A stretch of DNA of 64,000 nt from assembly GCF_030028105.1 (NCBI RefSeq), contig NC_092379.1, positions 28,513,821-28,577,820 of the forward strand, read 5' to 3'. Position 1 is the first letter of the stretch. Every line of letters starts with the position of its first letter. The DNA comes from Mobula birostris. Its lineage: Eukaryota. The notes under the pieces were generated by a model. That model was not told the origin of the DNA. It ran no database searches and saw nothing but the letters and a program-made list of their open reading frames with translations. A program made the translations under genes and the position numbers. Positions 1 to 11,826 of this stretch are shown here, piece after piece.

Positions 1-869
1 CGCCCTCGTTTTGCTCTGTTATTTATTGTCTTGTTATTGCTTTTCCTGTCTTTCTCTATCAATCATTTTGCTCTTCTACTCCGTCTCCCGAATTTCTCTC
101 TCTCTCTCTCTTCCTCTTCCCTCTCTCTCTCTCTGTCTCCCTCCTTCTCTCTCTCTCCCACTGTGTCACTTTCTCCGGCCTTCAATCTCTGTGTCACTCA
201 TTGTGTTTATTCCACACTCCAGCACAATGCTCCCTTGATAATGCATAAGCAATATCGAAATTCGGTAAGTGGATAGTGACTGGTATTGCTCCCCTGCACA
301 CTGCTTTGAAGTTATTGAGGCCTTTAAAATTACATTGAAGATATTGATATTTTAAAATAATCACAGGATACAGTACGTGGTGACTGAAAAAAATGATGCC
401 GTTGTTAAAGAATGGACAGATAAAAAGGAATAATACAATGATCTGGGTTACTAGGTTCATGTCTGACTCTCTCCAGGCATTCCCAGGTTCATGCCTGGCT
501 CTCTCCAGGCACAAGCAGGCTCATGGGCAACTGTATAAAATAACTGCATCATGGTTCCTCACTACAATAATATTCATCTCTATCTTTTTCTCTGTCTACC
601 TCTTCCGTCTTTGGCACAGATTCCCAGTAGTTGCTCCTCTTTGGATAAGCGTTATTCACGCATTGGTATATAGACCCTTCTGATCCGAATCTCATATTGG
701 GTGTGCCGGGTGTATTGTAACTCTTGTACCCTAGGCCCCGCACACTCTGTTAGCCTCTGCGCAGGGAGGTGGTGTTGTCTGTTGGTCCCTGAGGACGCGA
801 CGTTGTTCAATGTTGAGCAGGGACTGGTGGTTTATGAGATCCCTGAAAACCGAGTACCCATTGCAGGTA

Positions 870-1010
870 GGATTTTTTTTTCCAGATCCATCATCGCTCT
901 GCCTTCAGAAAGGGTGATAATGCAAAGATATACAGCGGAATCCAGCACAAAACCACTGGAAATATTTTAGTGGTACTACTGGCCTTTTGGTGTCCAAACC
1001 ACTGGAAATC
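870..1010 (-). pseudogene. Fossil V segment (family P): FR3 end plus decayed RSS
   Basis: Minus strand reads NISSGFVLDSAVYLCII, then a spacer ending GGATCTGG and an A-run like the RSS at 3995-4033; paralogs near 10.9k, 22.7k, 42.7k. Confidence 0.65.
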
Positions 1011-1108
1011 CAGACCGATTTATTTTGCTTTTTAATATCGTTCTCTTAAGCCAAACACGTAACTTTCGCAACTTTCTGGGTGGTCCACTTCAGGTTTTCT
1101 CCCAAATG

Positions 1109-1122
1109 CCGCCTTCTAGCGG
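1109..1122 (-). promoter_or_regulatory. CTCF-consensus motif 3' of V1
   Basis: Minus CCGCTAGAAGGCGG, 13/14 to CCRSYAGRKGGCRS; E-box-like CTTAAG-n5-CACGTA at 1045-1061. Confidence 0.55.
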
Positions 1123-1141
1123 TGGTTCACTGCATCACACC

Positions 1142-1482
1142 TGGCAACGATGTACTCGGCGGAGTCCGACACTGGAGCTCCAGAGATACTAAAATGGGCC
1201 ACCTTGCTGCCTCTCTTCAAAACAGCGGAAAACCACACTGGAGATCCTGGTATCCACTCCGTCTTTCCGGAGGTATATAACTTCACTATGCATCTTGGAG
1301 CTTCCCCGCGATAAGAAATGTAATAAAAAATGCAACCATGCCATTGTAACCTGAGTTCAGTCTTACAATCTGTCCTTCCTCAACCAATAATTCAGGAGAC
1401 TGCTGGGTCACTGTATCTTTCCCACTCGCTCCTGCAAGAAAAGGACAACCAACATAATCAACAAAGAGCTGAGGGAACACAT
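1142..1482 (-). pseudogene. TCR V pseudogene V1 (A-like); intron mostly deleted, frameshifted, RSS absent
   Basis: ATG at 1482 (MCSLSSLLIML) runs directly into acceptor TTGCAG; exon ASGKDTVTQQSPELLVEEGQIVRLNSGY; shifted frame gives ...HFSISGAPVSDSAEYIVAR; both canonical Cys lost; no heptamer/nonamer after the coding end. Confidence 0.85.
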
Positions 1483-1831
1483 GGTGTCTGACTTCCCACT
1501 GGAACTAAAAACAAATTACTTCTAGAAGGGTCATAACGTTGATCGTTATTGCAGATGAAGATCAGTCCCGCTATATCTTTCAGCTTGTGGATTTACCCTC
1601 TCAATCGGTTTATTGCTGGGAACAATAAATCTGGTTACAAATAGGGACTAGAATTTCTTCATTTCGTCTGTCTGTTGCAACTTGTCTTTATGACCTATTT
1701 TCTCTCAAACCTCAACCTCGCGGTGTCTCACCTAATTTCACCCATTTGAAATCTAATTTACTCCTTCCGAGGCAATCTACCTCTCTACCTCTCTCTACCT
1801 TTTCTTTCCCCCCTCTCTCTCTCTCTATCTT

Positions 1832-1874
<43 letters not shown>

Positions 1875-2613
1875 CACATACAACATCGTTCCCTGTCTCG
1901 CCCGTATTTATTTACCGACTCTCTCTTCAATTACACGTCTCTCACTCTAACTTTACCTTCCTTTACTCTTTGCAAAAGATTTAACTCCCTTTGCTTCTCA
2001 TTCCACTAACCTCCTCATTGCTTTCCTTCCTTTTCTCATTTTCTCTTCTTTGTCGTTCATTCCTTCCAGCTTCTCTTCTTTGTTTTTCTTCTCTCCATCT
2101 CGTTGCTTTCCTTCACCTTCTTTTTAGTTCCCATTTTGTTTCCTCCTATTCCGTCAGTGACGAATTTGCAAGATCTCATCACTCTCCACAGTTTTTCTTT
2201 TTATTTTCTTTCTTTTTAAACCCTTTTATTAATTGTTATTGAAAATGAAGAGCAAGAAAAAAATACATTTAAGTAATCAAGTCAACATATCAATATGTAC
2301 ACCAAGAGTTAAACTTTCAACCAAGTTAAACAATATATCAAGAATATTAAGGAAAAAACAAAATGTTAAAGCTATTTGTTTTTTTTTTGGTAAAAAGAAA
2401 GAAGGAAAAAGAACACCTACTAAAGAAAACAAAAAAAAAAACCTATCCAAAAAAAAAACACATTTGGAGCACAAACCCGGAGCTATACGTCATACCAGCT
2501 TCCAGAAAGGAAAAACATCAAACCAATAACCAAATCCCTCTCTTTTACCCAATTTGCTATTGCTTTCTCTATTTTGCTCTCTCTCCCACACACACACGTG
2601 CACACACACATTC

Positions 2614-2659
<46 letters not shown>

Positions 2660-2799
2660 ACTCTTCCTCTCTATCGGTCGTTAGCTCTGTGCCACATGCA
2701 AGTACACAGTTTGTATAATGATGGTTATACGACGTTGAAATTCGGAAGCAGTTTGTTCACTTGTTTTCCTGTTCTGTAAGGTGTGTGGAGACACTGCAA

Positions 2800-3272
2800 C
2801 GATTTATATCACGTAGAGCAATTGTGGGATATGTGCAGACAACTGAACGTTGGATGCTGATATTTTAGAATGAAGATGATACCTGGAATGATGAAATGGC
2901 CTGCATTTCTCCTCTTGCTAATGATTGTTACGCTGTAAATCATCCTGGTGACTTTGGTTGACTGTTCAGAAATTTGATCGCCATAGTTCACATTTTCAAT
3001 AAACAGAGCAGAAAGCATTCTGACGATAGTCAAGGACAAAGGCGAGAACTTCGTTCTTGTGTGGATCCGTATTTGAAAGGAAACTTGACTCCCTCTCCAC
3101 GAGGCACATTCACGGAAGCTTCATTCGGAGTGCCGTGGCTCTCCGCGGAGCAGATGCTTAAGGAAGTTCGGTGTTTATAAGGCTGAAGATGCTGTCTGTA
3201 AAAATAACCAGATGGATTGAACAGTTCCTATCTGTGTTGAAGAGAGAAGGATAAGCAGTTTTGGGCATATAT
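2800..3272 (-). pseudogene. Highly decayed V fossil (family Q)
   Basis: Broken frames give leader-like ICPKLLILLSST, FR1-like SVNVPRGEGVKFPFKY, TGAC-TATCGTCAG (WYRQ-like) and FR3-like SVTIISKRRNAGHFIIPG. Confidence 0.45.
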
Positions 3273-3994
3273 AATTTTGAGGTGGCTACCGAGTGGACCA
3301 AGCACACTTCTCCTGGAAAACGCAGCCGGGGTATTGAGACTTCGACAGGATTGAGAGACATTACCTTCAGAATTTGGGCTGAATAGAATGGAATCGGAAA
3401 TGGAAAGGTAGGCAACCTGCAACCAGATAGGGGACGGCTATCGGGACGCTGGGGGGATGGGTGTCGAAATCGGTTATCAAGAGGAGATCGGAGTAGGAGT
3501 GGAAAGAAAATAACTCTAAGGGGGTTGGAGCGGCTTGGACAGGAGTGATTTTCCGAGAGGATTTACGTTGATCTGAAAGAGAGTCAGGGAACGGGATTGC
3601 TGGAACATTTGAACATTGAGAAATAAAACTTAATAACGTAGCTTTGCAGGTGTAGTTCCTTCAGTTTGCATTTTGCCTCATTCTGCTGTTGGTGGAAGCC
3701 GGCAAGGTCCGACTCTCCCTTTATATCAAACTGCTACCCTCGTCTGTGCATCTTTTGGTCTTCCTCCCCTTCGAGTTCGAAACTGTAAGGAAATAAAGAA
3801 AAACAATAAACAACGTCTTTTCTGAGCATAGGAGTCGGGTGTTCAATCTTTTGTGCCCTAACGGTGTTATCTTCATAGGGCTCCGTCCTGGGAAGGTGTG
3901 AAGGTGCCTGAGTCTCGTGGCTGGGTCCACGTTGATGTCGAGGTTAGGCTGAGGCCACCCTCTGGTATCAGAGCTCACTGCAGTCAGGATATGA

Positions 3995-4310
3995 TTTTTT
4001 TGCCCAGATCCGCCTTCATCCCCAATCTCTGTGGGCTAATTTGCGCAAAGATGCAGCGCAGAAATCCACACTAGAACTCCAGAGATAGTTTCCAACTGGA
4101 AATCCGATATATTGACAGCTTTGTCTTCAGACCGAGCCACGTCAGCGAGGATGAACATTGTAAATAATTTTCTAAAGTTTCCATGATGTTGACTGTTCTA
4201 CAGATAGGCAAAGGCAGTTCCTGAGTAATTTCAGTGCAGCGACATTCTCTGTCCTTCCTAAATCAATAATTCCTTCCGATCCTTGCTCAACTTATCCGCC
4301 CCATTTGTAC
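3995..4310 (-). pseudogene. V pseudogene exon with 23-RSS; leader lost to a CR1 insertion
   Basis: GTNGADKLSKDRKELLI*EGQRMSLH*NYSGTAFAYL*...ISALHLCAN*; RSS CACAGAG-23-GCAAAAAAA at 3995-4033. Confidence 0.8.
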
Positions 4311-4319
4311 CCCAAAACA

Positions 4320-5790
4320 ACTCAAGGTTTGTGAGGGTCGCCGGATCATTATCGGTTGTGTTCAGAAACTGCAAGGGTTAAGGACCCCTGCTGGAAGCTA
4401 TTAACAAGCCTCCGGACAGTAGCTAGAATGTGGAGTACAGATTACAAAAGGAAATAGAAACGACTTTTCAAAAGGGTAAGGTTATGATAGTCATGGTAGA
4501 TGTCAACATGCAGGTTGATAGGGAAAGTCAGGTCAGATATGCATCTCAAGAGAGTGAGTTTGTTGAATGCCTATGAAACGACATTTTAGAGTAGATTGTC
4601 CATCACCCTACAAGGCGATTAGTTGTGCAGGATTCGGTGTTCTGCAATGAACTGGAGATAATTAGTGACCTTAGGATAAAAGAACAATTTCAAGGCAGCG
4701 ATCCCGATATGAATGAGTTCAACTTGAAATCTGCCAGTAGGAAAGTAAAGTCTGACGAAGCGGTATTTCGGCAAATGGAAAGGTAGTGCAACCGTGGCTG
4801 ACACGGGGAGTCAAAGCTAATATAAAAGCATAAGAGCGGGTATACAACAAAGCAAAAGTTAGTAACAAGTCAGAGGATTAGGATGTTTTCAAAACCCTAA
4901 AGTACAACTGAAAGAATCTTTAGGAGGAAAAAGATGATATATGAGCACAAGATAGCAAACAATAACAAAATGGATGGTAAAAGGTTATTTTCAGGAATGT
5001 AAAAAAATAAAAGTGAGATCAGAGTGCATATAGAGAGCAAGAAAATGGAGCCGAAGAAATAATGCTGGGGGACAAGTTGATGGTAGATGAACGATTTCAG
5101 TATTTCGCATCAGGCTTCACTGTGCAAGACCCGAGCATTGTGTCAGTCTTTGAAGGGTGCAAGGGAAGACATGCGAGTGCAATAGCAGTTATAAGGGCGA
5201 AGGTCCTCAAAACGCTGAAGGACAGAAGGGTACATAAGTCAACGGAACCAGATGAACTATAACCTGGTGGTAGCGGTAGAGATTGCGGAGGCATTAGGAA
5301 TGATGTTTCAAAATCATTGTCAATGATATAGATGATGGATTAGATGGCTGTGTTGCCAAGTTTGGAGATGATACAAAGGTTGATGGAAGGATATGTTGTT
5401 CCTGGAGATAATTAGCAGAATGGGCAAGCGAGTGGCAGACTAAGTACAATGTACCAAAATGCATGCCATGCACATCGGTATAAGAAATAAATGTGCAGAC
5501 TATTTTGTAAGCGGGCAGAAAATGCAAAAATATACGATGCAAAGAGACCTGGAGGATAATAGAGCAGAAGACCCTGACGGTTAACTTGTAGGTAGAGTCG
5601 GTGGTGCGGAAGGCAAATAAAATGTTAGCATTCATTTCCAGATGTCCAGAGTACATGGGCAGAGATATAATGCAAAGGATTTATAAGACACGTCAGGCCT
5701 CACCTTGAGCATTCTGAACAGTTTTGGGTTCCTATTCTAACAATGATGTGCTGGCCTTGAAAAAAGGTTCAGAGGAAATTCACAAGGACG
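4320..5790 (+). mobile_element. CR1-type LINE ORF2 fragments (endonuclease/RT), degenerate
   Basis: Frame-broken remnants of CR1 endonuclease and RT C-terminal sequence (e.g. GCTGTGTTGCCAAGTTTGGAGATGATACAAAG); paralogs 16.5-18.1k and 36.2-37.9k. Confidence 0.8.
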
Positions 5791-5940
5791 ACACCGTCAG
5801 TCCCGCAAGCAAAGCAGCTGTCCAACTAAATGAAAAATGTAGTCAGTAATTTCTCCCCTTCCCCTGGAGGTTTGCCTTCTTAAATCAATCACGTGACAAT
5901 GGTGGCTATGTGTTTGCGTCCCTGCTGTTTTCCGGCAAAG

Positions 5941-5955
5941 GGCTCCCTCTAGCGA
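5941..5955 (-). promoter_or_regulatory. CTCF-consensus motif 3' of A1 RSS
   Basis: Minus TCGCTAGAGGGAGCC, 23 nt beyond the nonamer; CACGTG at 5890-5895. Confidence 0.55.
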
Positions 5956-5978
5956 GCGCTCACTGTATCACGGAGGTC

Positions 5979-6017
5979 GGATTTTGTCTGGAGCCGTCAT
6001 CACCTTGCAACGCTGTG
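5979..6017 (-). other. 23-RSS of A1
   Basis: CACAGCG + 23 nt + ACAAAATCC. Confidence 0.92.
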
Positions 6018-6449
6018 GGTATCATGGCACAAAGATAAACGGCGGAGTCCGTCAAAAGAGCACCAGAGATGTTCAGATGGGCTGCTTCGCTGCCACGCTG
6101 CCAACCAGCGGTAATCCTCTCTGGACATTCAAGATGCCTTTCCATCTTGCCAGTGCTATATACCTTCAGCAAATATCTTGGAGATTCCACGCGATGCTGA
6201 ACATACCACAAAATATTTAGAGGATTGCCAGTGTAATTACAGTTCAGTCTTACACTTTGTGCTTCAGCAATTGTTAATTCAAGAGGCCACTGCGTCACCG
6301 AATCTTTCCCATTTGATCCTGCAATAAAAGGACAGAATGCATGAACAGTTTCGGCTTTCTTCATACATACGGAGCAGATATAGGCAGTTACCGCGAGACT
6401 CACCGGGCAGGATAGTCAATATAATCAGCGGATAACACAGAGAATTCAT
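6018..6449 (-). CDS. TCR alpha/delta-type V segment A1, apparently intact (leader 6404-6449, V exon 6018-6318)
   Basis: MNSLCYPLIILTILPG|SNGKDSVTQWPLELTIAEAQSVRLNCNYTGNPLNILWYVQHRVESPRYLLKVYSTGKMERHLECPERITAGWQRGSEAAHLNISGALLTDSAVYLCAMIP; GTGAG/TTGCAG 85-nt intron; C23, W41, C104 present. Confidence 0.9.
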
Positions 6450-6620
6450 GGTGTCTGGCTTCGAACTCGATCGAAAGACAGCTTACTTTCAATAAGGTAA
6501 TATCTTTGACAGATATTGAAGAGTAAAATCAAATCTGCAGCACATTGCAGCTGGCGTAAATCTGGGGGCGTTGCCCTGCCAATGAATTTATTCGCTGTGA
6601 GGACCCATCTGCGCCGCTCC

Positions 6621-6632
6621 GAGCACCAATCA
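6621..6632. promoter_or_regulatory. CCAAT box upstream of A1
   Basis: GAGCACCAATCA; same motif at 18946, 24167, 27832, 38711, ~160-185 nt from each ATG. Confidence 0.6.
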
Positions 6633-7194
6633 CAGATCGGTTTGTTCAGATTCTTTACATGCTTTTATAAATCCGACGCCCGGAGCTGTAAATAGTGTCG
6701 AGCTAACCACTGTGCCAGAGAGTGTTTATGCTTCACACTCTCTCTCTCTTGCATTCTTCTTCCAGTCGGGCTCCCATCATATTTCTCTCTCCCCACGATG
6801 TTTATCGCTCTACTCTCTGTTCTATCGATCACCATCTCTCGCTCTGTCACTTCTTCATTTCTCTAACGTCTCCCCGAGTTATCCACTTTGTCATTCCATC
6901 ATACCAAACCGCCCACTTTCTCCCCCCATTTTACTCACCATATCAATCGCCCATCGTTTTCCCTGGATAGCACTTCCTCTGCCCACTCGCAAACCGTATT
7001 TCACACTCACACGAATTTATCTTCACATTTCTCCCCTCCGGCAAACGGGCGAAACTCCACTGAGGCAGAGAATAAGAAAAACGTCTTCACTCGGGGGAAC
7101 AGCGAATGTGCTTTGTGTGCTAGTCTCTTGTCTCTCTGCGCTTCAGTCTTCAGGAAAGTTGTTATATCTTGAGTGTTCTGGATGGACGAGAGTT

Positions 7195-7545
7195 GGATGA
7201 AAAAATTGCACATGCTGAAAATCCAACGCAACTCAAAAAACTCTGGAGGAAGTCAGCAGGTTTGGCAAAATTTGGGGAATATGTAAATAGTTGACGTTTC
7301 GGGGCGAGACTTCTCTTCAGGTCTGAGAAGTAAGGAGGGAGATACATAAATTAATATGTGGGGGGGGGCATGAAAGAGGCTGACTGAAAGGCGATAGTTG
7401 AAATCAGGTAGCTGGGAAAAGCCAAGGACTGTAGAAGAAATAAACTGATTATCTTATTAAGGCATGATCTTATTCAATTGCGGAGCAGGTTCGACTGGTC
7501 AAATGGCATAGTCCGAGTCTTATGTCTTATGGTCTTATGTTCTGC
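7195..7545 (+). mobile_element. Diverged interspersed repeat followed by a CR1 3' end
   Basis: GGAGGAAGTCAGCAGG...GACGTTTCGGGGCGAGAC resembles 47925-48055; CR1-like tail GTCTTATGTCTTATGGTCTTATG; paralogs ~19.5-19.9k and 39.3-39.6k. Confidence 0.55.
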
Positions 7546-7849
7546 CCTTTCACGGTCATTAATTTCCTCACATCCTGAGTTACCGAATTTACCCCACTCG
7601 TATATGGAACAAATCTCGAGAGTGTTAGTGGCACCGAATCGTAATGACGAAGTAGAACACGCGCAAACTCATGAAGAAGCAATTATCCAGACAAAGCAGC
7701 CATTTTAATCAGCAAAAAAACACGAGTGTGATACGGTGTCACTGACATTAACAATAGTATTTTATCAAATTAATGGCCAGGTGAAGGTAATTACGTCACG
7801 TCAGGAGCATCAGAGGCTCGGTTGAGACACGTGCCCTTCCTCTCGAACC

Positions 7850-10225
7850 GGATTGGTGTATTGCCTATGATATCCATTCGACTCGACAAGCGTGTTGGGT
7901 CTAGGTTAGCCTCTCTTAGGGCTTAGATGGCTGTTGTGTTCTCTTAATGGCAGATGTTGGATACCTGGGAGATCCAGAGTCTCCCAGGGAGCTAAATCTG
8001 CAAGTAATGCATCTCGCAGAAGCTCCTTGAAGACCATGGTAGGGACATGGAGTGACCAGCTCAATGACCTTAAGCTTGTACGGCAGTGCGAGAAGGTAAT
8101 AGATCGGAGTGATAAGGAAGTAGCCACCACGAAACTGCAGAAGGCAAGTGGCTATTGGACTATCAGGAGAAATGGATATGTGAATAGACAGTTATCACAG
8201 TGAACACTTGTGGTCATTCCTGTCAATAGTAAGAATATTTTTCTGCATAGCAATGTGGGGGATGAACTCCCAGGGGAATGCTAGAGAGTCAGGGCTACTG
8301 CAACGCAGCATAGCTCCGTGCTGCAGATAGGAAAGAGGGTGAAGAAGGGATCGGTAGCGATAGGGGACTCAGCAATCATGGGAACAGAGAGCAGATTCTG
8401 CGGACGTGAGCACAGCAACCTGATGGTATTCTGTCTCCCACATGTCAGTTTTGAATCGCGTCAACGATATTTTAGAGAGAGAGGAGCAGCATCCAGAGTC
8501 ATGGTACACATTGGCACCAATGACACACGAAGGAAAAGCAAAGAGATCCTGAAAAGTGTATTTGCAAAGCAAGGAAGAAGGCACTAGCAAATGCTGACGG
8601 GTACTTGGGACGTGCAGCTACTATTATAGGTCTCAAAGAGCCGAAAGAGCTAAGTCACCCGTACCAGATGAACCGCAACCGCAGGTTCCGAAAGAAGTAG
8701 TGGTAAAGATTATGGCGATGTTATTAATGATCTTTCAAAAGTATTGTACTGTGACATGGTGCCAGTGGAATGCAAAATTGGAAAAGTCGCTCTACTGTTT
8801 AAGAAAAGAAGAAACTAAAGATCTGTTAGTCTGAGCTCAGTGGTTGGGAATATGTTGGATTCAATTGTTAAGGATGAAGTTATGGAGTACTTCGTGACAC
8901 AGGTCCAGATCGGGAAAAATCGGTATGGTTTCCTTCAGGAAAATATTACCTGACGATCATGTTGTAATTATTTCAGGAGACTACACGTAGGTCAGGTAAA
9001 GTGGGTGCAATGCATGTTGTATGTGAGGAGTTTCATAAGGCCTTTGGCGAGGTGACAAGCATGAGGAAGCTTACCAAGTTAAGAGTCATTGGTATTACAG
9101 GAATGTTACCAGTATGGTTAGAGCAGTAGCTGTTTGGCAGCAGGTAGCGATTAGCAGTAAAATAATCACTCTCCGGTTGGCTGCCGGTGACAAGCGGTGC
9201 TCCGCAGGGGTCAGTGCTAGGACCAAGTTGTTTTTTTTTTTTTGATAATGTTGTACAGAAATGATTTAAATGATAGAATCCTTCGCTTTGTTGCCAGGTT
9301 TGCAGATGATACGAAAACTGATGAAGGGTCAGGGTGTATTGATAAAACAAATAATCTGCAGAAGGCCTGAGACAGATGACCAGAATGGAAAAGAGAATGG
9401 TAAATGAAATATAATGTTGGAAAATACATGGTCATGCACGTTGTTGGAAGAAATAATCGTGCTATCTATCTTCTGAACGTGCACAAAACCAAAACTAAGA
9501 CGTGCGAAGATGCAACGGCGCTTGGTAGTCCTTTTGTAGAACACTCTAAAGGTTAATTTGTTCGTTGAGTTGGCGGTGAGGAAGACAAATACAATGTTAG
9601 AACTCAGTTCAGGGGGTGGAGAATACAAGAGTAGGGATGTGATGCTGACGCTTAAAACACTGGTGAGACCCCACTTTGGATATTGTGAACAGTTTTGGGT
9701 TCCTCATCGATGAATACGTCTGCACGCACTGGGGAGAGTTCAGAGGCGGTTCCCAAGGATGAATATATTAATGCTTTTCATACGAGAAAAGTTTCATATT
9801 TATGAGTCTGTGTTCGCTGCAATTTAGAAGGGTGAGCGGGATTTCACTGAATCCTTTCGAATGTTGAAAGGCCTAGACAGAGTAAATGTATAAAGGATCT
9901 TTCATATCGTGGGGTAATTTAGGACAAGAGAGCAAAGCCTCGGGCAAGACGGCGTCAACTTAATACAGAGATAGGGAGAGATTCCATCAGCGCGACTGTG
10001 GTGAATGCGTTGCATGTATTAGCACGGGCAACTGTGGAGGACAGGTGGTTGGGTATACCTAAGGCAGAGCGTGATATGTTTTTGACTGGCCAAGGTATCA
10101 AAGGTTCCAAAGGGAAGGCCGGAAGTGGGGCTGAGGAAGGGTCAATCGATCAGCCATGATATAATAGCGGAGCAGATTCCATGGGCCAAATGGCCTAGTT
10201 CTTCTGCTAATTTTTATGGTCTTAC
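7850..10225 (+). mobile_element. Internally deleted CR1 LINE (ORF1 esterase-like region, ORF2 RT, 3' end)
   Basis: GDSAIMGTESRFCGRE and VMVHIGTNDT (CR1 ORF1 type); RT motifs GAPQGSVLGP and ARFADDTK; paralogs ~20.2-22.0k and ~40.0-42.3k. Confidence 0.85.
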
Positions 10226-10476
10226 GGAATTACACTCTCTTTCAAAATGCGAAAGTTTCAGCGGACTTTCAATTTATCACTCTCGACCCTCTTCCCGTGT
10301 CTTCTTCTTGTTGCATCCGCACCAGAATATGTCTCCTTCCCTTCTTTGTCTGCCTTAACCACTCTTATCACCTGTTTCCTCTCCTTTCTGCCCATTCTCT
10401 GTACCCCGTTCTTTCTGTTTATCTTTTATTTTGTCCACCACTTTTCGTCTCAAACATTCGTTCACTCACTTTCCCT

Positions 10477-10645
10477 NNNNNNNNNNNNNNNNNNNNNNNN
10501 NNNNNNNNNNNNNNNNNNNNNNNNNNNNNNNNNNNNNNNNNNNNNNNNNNNNNNNNNNNNNNNNNNNNNNNNNNNNNNNNNNNNNNNNNNNNNNNNNNNN
10601 NNNNNNNNNNNNNNNNNNNNNNNNNNNNNNNNNNNNNNNNNNNNN
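10477..10645. other. N run, 169 nt
   Basis: Within CT-rich sequence; paralogous N run at 22238-22403. Confidence 0.98.
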
Positions 10646-10899
10646 CTATTTTGCATGGAATCCCTGTGGATGCTCCTGACTGGCAAACATTGTCATCGCA
10701 TAGGTATATTCCTCTTCGTACGAAACTGTTACTAGGTGTTCTGGGTGTATTGTAGCTCGGGTCCCCCTGACTCTTCACCCTCTTGTAGCCTCTGAGCAGG
10801 GAGTTTGTGTGGTCTCAGGACGGGGCGTTGTTCGATGTTGAGCAGAGTGCGGTGAGCCGCGGGCTCCCACCGTTCCATGAGCCCATTGTATACAGGATC

Positions 10900-11040
10900 T
10901 GCTCTGTCCAGATCGGCAATCGCACTGTATTACGTAGGGCTGATCATGCAAGTATACAGAGCGGAACCCGGCACAAAACCACTGGAGATATTTGAATCCA
11001 AGCAGCGGCCATTTCATGTCAAAACATCCTGAAATCTTCA
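10900..11040 (-). pseudogene. Fossil V FR3/RSS remnant (family P)
   Basis: NISSGFVPGSALYTCMIS, then 22 nt and ACAGAGCAG; homologous to 870-1010. Confidence 0.55.
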
Positions 11041-11134
11041 CCGATGTAATTTGCTAGTGAGTTTCGCTCTCAGAAGTCAACCACGTGATTCTTACAAATA
11101 TTTGGGTGCGCCACTTCGACTTTTCTATCACGAC

Positions 11135-11148
11135 CCGCCCTCTAGCGA
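11135..11148 (-). promoter_or_regulatory. Orphan CTCF-consensus motif; V body deleted
   Basis: Minus TCGCTAGAGGGCGG; CACGTG at 11082-11087; homologous to the V1 3' flank. Confidence 0.6.
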
Positions 11149-11748
11149 CGGTTCACTGCATCACACCTCGCACAGACAGTATGTACTTTCAAAATAAATT
11201 CACTTTGAGCAATGACCATTTCTCACAGTCCGCGAATACAACAACAAAAATACAATTTGCATACGCTATCACGCTAAACATCCGCAGAATCTGTCGCATT
11301 ATCTGAATACTTAGTACAAATCATAATTAGCCACTACAACATCCTTAATTTCAGCAGCATGGCACTTGCTGTCTTTGTCAAACTAAAAACAACGAATTTG
11401 CCCACGTTCTGTCTTCCCTTAGTGAACCACTGTCCTATTTAAATACAAACAGTATATCGCAGGTCCACTCCGTCCTTATTACTTTTCTATGCCGAAGCTC
11501 GAACAATGTGACCAAAGACGACGTTATACTACGTTGACAATCGTGATATGCTTTTGCAGCAAAAAGGCGGGTAAATACTCATTGCTGTATCCAGGAAATA
11601 CATTATAAAGATCCAGTTTGGGTTTGCGTTGTAGTCATGAACCGTTCCATTACCTTCGCCGCTTTGTGTTGGTCAATGTAGCGTTCTTATGTAGGGCACC
11701 TGACCACGGCTGATTTCAGGGTGCGCCCTACTTTTTTTCCCGGCAAAA

Positions 11749-11763
11749 GACGTCCTCCAGTGA
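11749..11763 (-). promoter_or_regulatory. CTCF-like motif 3' of B1 RSS
   Basis: Minus TCACTGGAGGACGTC, 24 nt beyond the nonamer; E-box CACCTG at 11697-11702. Confidence 0.45.
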
Positions 11764-11787
11764 GACCTTTTTGCATTATACAGAACC

Positions 11788-11826
11788 AGTTTTTGTCCGG
11801 ACCCGCCGCCTTCAGGCAACAGCGTG
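11788..11826 (-). other. 23-RSS of B1
   Basis: CACGCTG + 23 nt + ACAAAAACT. Confidence 0.88.

Noticed and set aside
393-514. Leader-like MNLVTQIIVLFLFICP on the minus strand
   Set aside because: No donor, intron or V exon could be traced downstream
11-2779. Hydrophobic LSLSL ORFs resembling membrane proteins (also 47068-47314, 56830-57234, 57761-58173)
   Set aside because: Translations of (CT)n microsatellites
10216-10778. Long ORFs spanning N runs (also 21906-22528, 44273-44710, 50987-51404)
   Set aside because: Open only because N codons cannot be stops
11171-11198. Apparent plus-strand cryptic 12-RSS (CACAGAC-12-CAAAATAAA) facing the V genes, suggesting a germline V-to-cryptic-RSS join
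   Set aside because: CACAG is the reverse complement of the GTC TGT GCG codons of a V end remnant; the A-rich part matches the nonamer poorly and the 22.9k paralog lacks it
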